Positions 36,822 through 43,266 of a stretch of 43,266 nucleotides of DNA are shown here, in pieces. Position numbers and translations under genes: made by a program. This DNA comes from a virus (Duplodnaviria; Caudoviricetes). The notes under the pieces were generated by a model. It saw nothing but the letters and a program-made list of their open reading frames with translations, did not search any database and was not told the DNA's origin. The DNA is taken from positions 1-43,266 of the IMG/VR virus record IMGVR_UViG_3300044806_000297. One strand, given 5' to 3'. Positions within the stretch are counted from its first letter, which is position 1. Every line of letters begins with the position of its first letter.

Positions 36822-39800
36822 ATGGCGACAATAACAGTTAATACCTTTTTAGACGGCGGCACAGCCAGAACCGCTGGCGAAACGTGGACGAATAATGGTG
36901 GATCGCTGACAATCCGCACTGATACTCGCGTACATGCGAACGCCCCAGCCAGTATGACAGGTACTATTAGCAACGTGACTTGCTCACTGACTTTGGGTGG
37001 CGGCTATAAAGTTGACGGAACAAAAGTAAGAGAAGTCTATTTTAGTGGAGGTAGCGGAACAGTTCCTGCTATTGGTACTACTATTAGCCAAGGTGGAGTA
37101 TCAGGTTACTTATTGGGTGTTTGGCCTAACTTAACCTCTGCCCCAACAACACCAGGCAGCGCAATGCCTGCTACTGGCTTTCTAAAATTCCGTGAAGTAA
37201 CAGGCGGTAGCTTTGCATCGGGTGCTTTAACAGGTATTACGGCAACGGCAACCGGAGCGGATGTAGTTAGTTGGCTCGAAGTAGTACACGATCAAGGCAC
37301 TACACTTACAATGTCTGGACTTGGTGATGGTCTTGTTACTGACGGATTAATTTGGATAGCAGGAACTACAACCGGAACGCCAGGCCAGCAGATACAATTT
37401 CCGACTAATGGAGGTGGAGCTGGTACTTTAATCCCTGCTGTTTTGATCGAAACTAGCCCAGGATCAGGAATTTATGAGTCTTATAATGCGTTGTATGGTG
37501 CGGCTAGAGGATGGTCTAGCACTTATCTATTGACAGATAAAAGAGCAAAGTTTGTACAGTGCATGGATGGCGGGATAATCAGGATCGGCAGCAATGGAGC
37601 GGCAAACTGCGGCTATACCCCACCTTCGGGCTGCAAGATCGCTATCTATAATATTTTCTTGCGTCAATCAACAGCAGCAGCAAGAGCTAGTAATGCCTAT
37701 CCGTCTACGACGTACACTACTAGACCGAGGTTGATTAGTCGCGGGTGTAAAGTAGATGTTAAAAATGTCACAACTGATTGGTATTTACAGCTTAATGGAG
37801 CGCAAAAGCAAAACGTAGTAGGAGTAGCATATTTTGACGCACTTATAATAAACTCGCCAGTTTTTGCAATAAGCGTTGACGTTGTGAATGGAGTATATGC
37901 GTCAGTAGCGCAGTCTGTTTTGCTTGTGCAAAACGCAACTTATGACAAGATTATAGCTAACATAGCATCACCTACAGCAGCGCAAGGGACTGCTGCAATT
38001 CGTCTCGATTCAGTGTCTTATGCTTCAAAAACGCTATCTACGTTTGAAATTAGCTCAGCTTGCGGACTCGGAACAATCAGGAGCACAACCAATTTTTCGA
38101 TATTTTTTAACAAATGCACAATTATCGCTGATAAAATAAAGCTATTTGCAGGAACTGGGGCAGTCTCTGGCGGCGGGTCTCTTATAGTAAAAAGTGGCTC
38201 TTATGTGGATAGATTAGAGTCATCGACTAATGCAACTGTGCCACAGTATTCATATAACACAAATGGATTATCATATTTAAGTTTAAGTTTTGATTGTGGC
38301 GAAATCCTTGGCTTATCTAATTGCAATCCATATGCCGCGCTTTTATCTTCTGCGTCTTGCCTTTATGCTGGGCTGACGCAAATAGGGGAGCAAAGTGATT
38401 TTAGAACGTATGCAAACCCACCAAACAATATAATAAATGATGGCGGGTACAACACAGAACTATATATTAAGCGCGTCTATCTCCAAGTCTTAACAGCTAT
38501 AATAAACCCAGTTGCAACTACAAAACGGCTGTTGTTACAAGATTGCTATAGCACACCAAGCTTGCAATCTATATCTAATGTAGTCGAGTCAAATGTATTG
38601 GTAAAAGGCTGCGGATACTCTTATAATCAAACGCCAAAAGCTTCTTTATATGGAATGAACTATACAGATGGCTTTAGTAGCAATACTAATGGTCATATTA
38701 CATTAGCTTATAACGCGCCAACAAGTGATTTTTTGTCGTATATCAATGGGGCGGGTTACATTTTTGATGTCAATGGCGGCGTAGTTTTAGCCAATGTTGG
38801 GAACTGGGTAGAAATAGAAACACAGTATTATTTGCTAAAGCACGATAACTTTAAAAATTTAGCGCCCGTTTTGCTTGGCACTAATATAAGTAATTTAAGC
38901 ATTGAATATCGATTAGATACTGGAAGTGGTTATGGCAGCTATAAAACTTTATCAGCAACCAACTTATCAGCCGAAACTATTAGCCCGTCATCAGGTTTTA
39001 AATTATCGATTAGAGCTACTTGTGTAACAGCAGCGCCTGATAATACCCTGCAATACATAACTATCCTAACTAATAGCAGTCTGGCTAGCCAAACCAATTA
39101 TCTATACCCACTTAATACTGCCAAAATTAGTATTTCTGGGCTATCTTCTGGCACCAATCGGATTTATGTCTATGATGTGACCAACTCGATAGAGTTGATT
39201 AACACAACTTCGACAACAACAACTTTTGGACAGTACGCTATCTATAATAGTGACGCCGTGCTACAAGTACGTGTCATGCAAGCAACTAGCTCAACAGCAA
39301 AAATCCTGTACGAGATTTTAGCTAATTTTACCATTGACGGGGCGATTATCTTAGTAAACCAAGCTGATGATACAATTTACGCAGCTAATAGTATAGATGG
39401 CTTTAGCCAAACTGGTTTTACAATTGATGATGCTACACTAACTATTAGTGTTAACAAGCCAGGAACAGGAAGCCCAACCTTAAGTTATGTCACTTGGCAA
39501 GAAGCTTACGCAGCGGAAACTGCATGGTTAACTACAGCAGCAGGGATTCGTCATTTCCCTAGGGTTTTATTTGCTTCTGATACGGCAAATTATAAATTGT
39601 TAAACGGCTTTAAAATTAAGAATACTGGATCATATCCACTAATTATTAGTGGTGGCTATGGGGTAAGCGGTACGACTGGCTTAACTGCTGATATTATTGA
39701 CTACAGCGGTGGCGCTATTACGACTGTAGTGGAGCACGTAGTGCCGTATCAAATATCAAGCGGCGACGGTGGATTAACAACTGATGAACATAACCAGTTA

Positions 39801-41315
39801 ATGTCTATTCCAACAACAGCCGCTCCATCAACCACCGATATTTGGACAGCCACAAATAGAACCCTAACAGATAAAACTGACTTTACTTTAGCTAATAACT
39901 CTATTTCTTCTTCAACTATAGCTAATAATGCTTTAGATAATAAAGGTAATTGGTTAACTGATAAAACAGGTTATAGCCTAACAACTGGAGAAAGAGCAGC
40001 AATAGCTACAGAAGTAGAAGCGCATCTTCTTGATGAAGGAGATTCACAACTACTAATTAATGCTATAGTAGGGGCAATAGGAAATACTAATGTTGATGAA
40101 GCTTCATTAGTAGCATTAATACGTGCTGATTTAGAAAGAACTGGTGGAAAACTAATTAAGCTTGATGATACTATTAGTAATGTCTTAGCTGCAATTGGTT
40201 TACGCCCAACTAACCCAATTTTAACAACTGATAGTAGATTAGATAATCTTAACTATTCACTAAATACCCTTCATACGGAAGTTAGTGCTATTCCAACAAC
40301 AACCTTAACAACAACCGAACATAATGCATTATTAGCAATACCAACTAACCCATTATTAACTGATGATACTAGATTACTTAATTTAGATGCTACTATTTCC
40401 AGCAGGATGGCAAGTTTTACCTATACTACTCCTCCAACAGCTTCTGCAATATCTTCGGTTGTTTGGGCAGATAGTAACAGGTCACTAACAGATAAAGTTG
40501 GTTTCGGTTTATCATCAACTGAAAGAGAGTTAACAGCAGCAGTTGTCGAAGCACATTTATTGGACGAAGGTGATAGCCAGATGTTAATAAATGCAATTGT
40601 AGGTGCAATAGGAAACCAGAACATAGATGAAGTTGCCTTAGTAGCTGCTATTAGGTCTGATTTAGAGAGAACAGGAGGTAAATTAATCAACTTAGATACT
40701 ACCGTTAGCTCTGTGTTATCTGCAATTAACCTAAGACCTACTAACCCATTATTAGTTACTGATTCCAGACTAAATACTTTAAGCAATTTAGATACAACAG
40801 TTAGTAGTAGAATGGCTACTTTTAGTTATGTTGCTCCAGACAATATGACAATCGGCAATATTTATAATAAAGTTTCTCCTATTACTTTTACAGGTAGTGA
40901 TATTCATTCAATTGTATCTGATAAGACAGGTTTTTCCGCAACAATAACTAATATTACTGATATTAGAAACGATTTAGAAAGAACTAATGGCTTATTGGAT
41001 AATATCCCAACCCTAACTGAGATTAATGCTTCAACAACTCTTGCTAAGAAAGCACAGCTTGACACTATTGAAGTAACTTTAACAACTTTACCTTTATTAA
41101 CAGACATTGTTAATGGAGTTTTTAATAAAGTAATAGAAGGAAGTCAAACTTTCATAGAAAATATACGTATAGTTTCTGGAATCCTTAAAGGTAAGACTAC
41201 TGGAATAGGTACTAACATTGAGAGTTTTAAATCTAAAGACGAAACAAAAACGCGTTATCAGGTAGAGTTCGATCAAGATGGTAATAGAATTAATATTACT
41301 GAGGATGGAAGCTAA
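36822..41315 (+). CDS. 1497-aa probable virion fibre/appendage protein with C-terminal repeats
   Basis: Gly/Thr/Ser-rich beta-type N-terminal two-thirds; repeated helical C-terminus; ends FKSKDETKTRYQVEFDQDGNR. Confidence 0.65.
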   Translation: MATITVNTFLDGGTARTAGETWTNNGGSLTIRTDTRVHANAPASMTGTISNVTCSLTLGGGYKVDGTKVREVYFSGGSGTVPAIGTTISQGGVSGYLLGVWPNLTSAPTTPGSAMPATGFLKFREVTGGSFASGALTGITATATGADVVSWLEVVHDQGTTLTMSGLGDGLVTDGLIWIAGTTTGTPGQQIQFPTNGGGAGTLIPAVLIETSPGSGIYESYNALYGAARGWSSTYLLTDKRAKFVQCMDGGIIRIGSNGAANCGYTPPSGCKIAIYNIFLRQSTAAARASNAYPSTTYTTRPRLISRGCKVDVKNVTTDWYLQLNGAQKQNVVGVAYFDALIINSPVFAISVDVVNGVYASVAQSVLLVQNATYDKIIANIASPTAAQGTAAIRLDSVSYASKTLSTFEISSACGLGTIRSTTNFSIFFNKCTIIADKIKLFAGTGAVSGGGSLIVKSGSYVDRLESSTNATVPQYSYNTNGLSYLSLSFDCGEILGLSNCNPYAALLSSASCLYAGLTQIGEQSDFRTYANPPNNIINDGGYNTELYIKRVYLQVLTAIINPVATTKRLLLQDCYSTPSLQSISNVVESNVLVKGCGYSYNQTPKASLYGMNYTDGFSSNTNGHITLAYNAPTSDFLSYINGAGYIFDVNGGVVLANVGNWVEIETQYYLLKHDNFKNLAPVLLGTNISNLSIEYRLDTGSGYGSYKTLSATNLSAETISPSSGFKLSIRATCVTAAPDNTLQYITILTNSSLASQTNYLYPLNTAKISISGLSSGTNRIYVYDVTNSIELINTTSTTTTFGQYAIYNSDAVLQVRVMQATSSTAKILYEILANFTIDGAIILVNQADDTIYAANSIDGFSQTGFTIDDATLTISVNKPGTGSPTLSYVTWQEAYAAETAWLTTAAGIRHFPRVLFASDTANYKLLNGFKIKNTGSYPLIISGGYGVSGTTGLTADIIDYSGGAITTVVEHVVPYQISSGDGGLTTDEHNQLMSIPTTAAPSTTDIWTATNRTLTDKTDFTLANNSISSSTIANNALDNKGNWLTDKTGYSLTTGERAAIATEVEAHLLDEGDSQLLINAIVGAIGNTNVDEASLVALIRADLERTGGKLIKLDDTISNVLAAIGLRPTNPILTTDSRLDNLNYSLNTLHTEVSAIPTTTLTTTEHNALLAIPTNPLLTDDTRLLNLDATISSRMASFTYTTPPTASAISSVVWADSNRSLTDKVGFGLSSTERELTAAVVEAHLLDEGDSQMLINAIVGAIGNQNIDEVALVAAIRSDLERTGGKLINLDTTVSSVLSAINLRPTNPLLVTDSRLNTLSNLDTTVSSRMATFSYVAPDNMTIGNIYNKVSPITFTGSDIHSIVSDKTGFSATITNITDIRNDLERTNGLLDNIPTLTEINASTTLAKKAQLDTIEVTLTTLPLLTDIVNGVFNKVIEGSQTFIENIRIVSGILKGKTTGIGTNIESFKSKDETKTRYQVEFDQDGNRINITEDGS
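39954..40780 (+). repeat. intragenic duplication (~99 aa, offset 531 nt)
   Basis: VEAHLLDEGDSQ(L/M)LINAIVGAIGN...DLERTGGKLI...LRPTNP..TDSRL occurs twice (39954-40250, 40485-40780). Confidence 0.9.
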
Positions 41316-41563
41316 TGTTCAGAGGCAAACAGTTTAAAAGTAAACAATTCACTGGTAAGAACTTTTTTAGAAAGCTCCTTGATACTATCTATGATTTTTC
41401 TACTTTTTACTTTCTAGTAGCTATAAATTCTAGTAAAAATACAGTAATAATTAATAATTTTAGAGAAAATGTAATCCTATCATTGGCTAAAATTAGTAAT
41501 ATTGTTAAACAAACAAAGAACTCTTTCGTTCTTCTTATTAAAGACACTTGGATATTAAAATGA
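41315..41563 (+). CDS. hypothetical protein
   Basis: TAATG coupling; MFRGKQFKSKQFTGKNFF. Confidence 0.6.
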   Translation: MFRGKQFKSKQFTGKNFFRKLLDTIYDFSTFYFLVAINSSKNTVIINNFRENVILSLAKISNIVKQTKNSFVLLIKDTWILK

Positions 41564-42060
41564 GTTTAGTATTTATAGAAGGTTTAGGTAAACCCATTGA
41601 ATTTGATTATATAACAGGCTCAAAGGAGGTATATGGGGCAATATTAAGACCTAGAAAATGGTCTAGTAATACTGTTTGTGTGCAAAATAAAACAATATTT
41701 CTTCCTAATATTGCTAATGGTTGTGGGTATATTTGTACGCAAGGTGGTATTACTGATAATATTGAACCTATTTGGGACACTCTAAAAGGAAGTATTAATA
41801 TCAGCGGTACAGCTAAATTTAAGACTATTATTGATGATTTTAAACTACAGGAAGGAGAGACTATTACTTTAATTGACTCAACTCCTAATAATATGACTAT
41901 CGACAACTTGCAAGTAGATATTAATGGAATTGGTTTTAGGGTATTAACGGCTACAACAGGAGCTTGTTTACACTTAACAGTTGATATTACTACATTAAGT
42001 GGTTTAATAGAAAGACAGATTATTATTTTTACATTTACTATTATAACACCAGCTTGTTAG
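41560..42060 (+). CDS. virion-associated protein with a carbohydrate-binding-like motif
   Basis: ATGA-coupled start; KWSSNT...NGCGYICTQGGITDNIEPIW. Confidence 0.6.
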   Translation: MSLVFIEGLGKPIEFDYITGSKEVYGAILRPRKWSSNTVCVQNKTIFLPNIANGCGYICTQGGITDNIEPIWDTLKGSINISGTAKFKTIIDDFKLQEGETITLIDSTPNNMTIDNLQVDINGIGFRVLTATTGACLHLTVDITTLSGLIERQIIIFTFTIITPAC

Positions 42061-42062
42061 TT

Positions 42063-42224
42063 ATGCGAGTAGAAGTTAAAGACTTTACATTTGGTGCTAT
42101 GAATCTTTGGAGTATGCCAAGACTTTATATTGTAGAACTTATTACAGAATTTAAAGAAGGTAAGAAGCATACAAAGACAATTATTAAGAGAAATCCTTAT
42201 TATGAAATGCGGAGGAATGGTTAA
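42063..42224 (+). CDS. hypothetical protein (53 aa)
   Basis: MRVEVKDFTFG...; TAATG-coupled to the endolysin. Confidence 0.5.
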   Translation: MRVEVKDFTFGAMNLWSMPRLYIVELITEFKEGKKHTKTIIKRNPYYEMRRNG

Positions 42225-42832
42225 TGCTAGATATAACAAAACTTAAAAATATTATTCCTGATAATATTTACAATGAACTTCCTTATACAATGGAAAAATT
42301 TAACATTAATACAATATTACGGTTAGGACATTTCTTATCACAATGTCACCATGAAAGTGGTGGATTTAAACATCTAACAGAGAATCTTAACTATGGCAAG
42401 GAAGGATTACTAAGAACTTTTCCAAAGTATTTTAAAAATCTACCAAACATTAATTACTATGCTAGAAACCCTGAAAGAATAGCTAACTTAGTCTATGCTA
42501 ATAGAATGGGAAATGGAAATGAAGCTAGTGGGGACGGCTGGAAACATAGAGGAGAAGGTTGTTTACAATTAACTGGAAAGAATAATCATTATGCTTTTGC
42601 AGATTATGTTAATGATCCAGAGATTAAGGCTAATCCTAGAAAAATAGCTACACATTATGCGCTTAGTAGTGCTGCTTATTTCTTTGAAGTTAATAAATTG
42701 TGGGGAATATGTGACTTAGGAAATACAGAGGAGATTGTTTCACTATTAACAAAACGTATTAATGGTGGATATAATGGATTAGCAGATAGAATTTCTTGGT
42801 TCTGCTATTATATGAAGATTCTTAATAATTAA
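42224..42832 (+). CDS. endolysin, glycoside hydrolase family 19
   Basis: HFLSQCHHESGGF..ENLNY, YANRMGNG, HRGEGCLQLTGKNNH, TKRINGGYNGLADR. Confidence 0.93.
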   Translation: MLDITKLKNIIPDNIYNELPYTMEKFNINTILRLGHFLSQCHHESGGFKHLTENLNYGKEGLLRTFPKYFKNLPNINYYARNPERIANLVYANRMGNGNEASGDGWKHRGEGCLQLTGKNNHYAFADYVNDPEIKANPRKIATHYALSSAAYFFEVNKLWGICDLGNTEEIVSLLTKRINGGYNGLADRISWFCYYMKILNN

Positions 42833-42837
42833 TATCT

Positions 42838-43092
42838 ATGAACACTGAAACACTAAAAGCTTCAACAGTTAAAAAAGAAATTCTTGAATCAACTAGAGAA
42901 GTTAGATGTGATAATGAAGGGCGATTAGAAGTTATTGTTACAAATACTGATAAAGAATTAGTAGTTAACGTGACTTATAAGAATGATAGGACTTATATTC
43001 TTGATACCCTTATGGTTGTTTTACTACTAATTCTTCTTTGGCGTTTACCGGATATTGTTAATATTATTAATTGGATTAGATATGTTAAATGA
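42838..43092 (+). CDS. membrane protein (C-terminal TM)
   Basis: TLMVVLLLILLW. Confidence 0.55.
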   Translation: MNTETLKASTVKKEILESTREVRCDNEGRLEVIVTNTDKELVVNVTYKNDRTYILDTLMVVLLLILLWRLPDIVNIINWIRYVK

Positions 43093-43210
43093 GCTTAAAT
43101 ATTTATTTTATCCTATTGCATTTTGTTTAATGTTATTAGGTTTAGTTGTAGCTATTGATATGTTTATTAATAATAATGTTAGTTGTCGAGCACCGGATAT
43201 TCATCTTTAG
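43082..43210 (+). CDS. small membrane protein (42 aa)
   Basis: MLNELKYLFYPIAFCLMLLGLVVAIDMF... Confidence 0.4.
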   Translation: MLNELKYLFYPIAFCLMLLGLVVAIDMFINNNVSCRAPDIHL

Positions 43211-43241
43211 TTATTTCACCATCTGTACTTGATTATTTGTT

Positions 43242-43266
43242 AAAAGAGAAGCCTAAACCCCTTCTC
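43242..43266 (+). repeat. exact 25-bp inverted copy of 11540-11564 (terminator-like hairpin)
   Basis: AAAAGAGAAGCCTAAACCCCTTCTC is the reverse complement of GAGAAGGGGTTTAGGCTTCTCTTTT. Confidence 0.9.

Noticed and set aside
39954-40780. DGR template/variable repeat pair
   Set aside because: Both copies are in-frame coding, differences are largely synonymous rather than adenine-specific, and no reverse transcriptase is present
34562-42239. Nested or antisense ORFs 34562, 40421, 40426, 40904, 41607, 42057
   Set aside because: Overlap stronger genes; the + strand ORF 42063-42224 explains that gap better
1-43266. Stop-codon reassignment, tRNA genes, integrase/prophage boundary, introns or inteins
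   Set aside because: Genes are full length under code 11 with all three stops used; no cloverleaf, integrase, host gene or interrupted core gene was recognised by eye

Overview
AT-rich, gene-dense fragment of a tailed dsDNA bacteriophage (siphovirus), probably infecting a proteobacterium (IHF consensus sites, sigma54-type promoters, NrdJb). Layout: (1) 1-4995, a rightward nucleotide-metabolism cluster (ATP-dependent ligase, DEDDh exonuclease, DUF3310-like protein, NrdJb, ThyX, exported pentapeptide-like protein). (2) 4996-5700, a non-coding control region with two sigma54 (-24/-12) promoters, enhancer-like TGT-N11/12-ACA boxes, IHF sites and a consensus sigma70 promoter. (3) 5757-10043, an early/host-takeover-like cassette of small ORFs punctuated by hairpins. 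(4) 10083-10550, a terminator, a candidate cos with lambda cosQ-cosN spacing, IHF sites and a TGTACA palindrome, followed by a lone 318-aa ORF. (5) 11674-36175, a leftward virion operon with a lambda-like head (Nu1/A/W/B/C-Nu3/D/E) and a Chi/D3112/YuA-like tail, including a G-T -1 frameshift and a tape measure with a lysozyme domain. (6) 36265-43210, a rightward unit with a holin, a 1497-aa mosaic protein and a GH19 endolysin. The whole 31.7-kb virion/lysis block is bracketed by an exact 25-bp inverted repeat. No integrase, tRNA, CRISPR array or reverse transcriptase was recognised. All family assignments come from motif recognition by eye, with no database searches.
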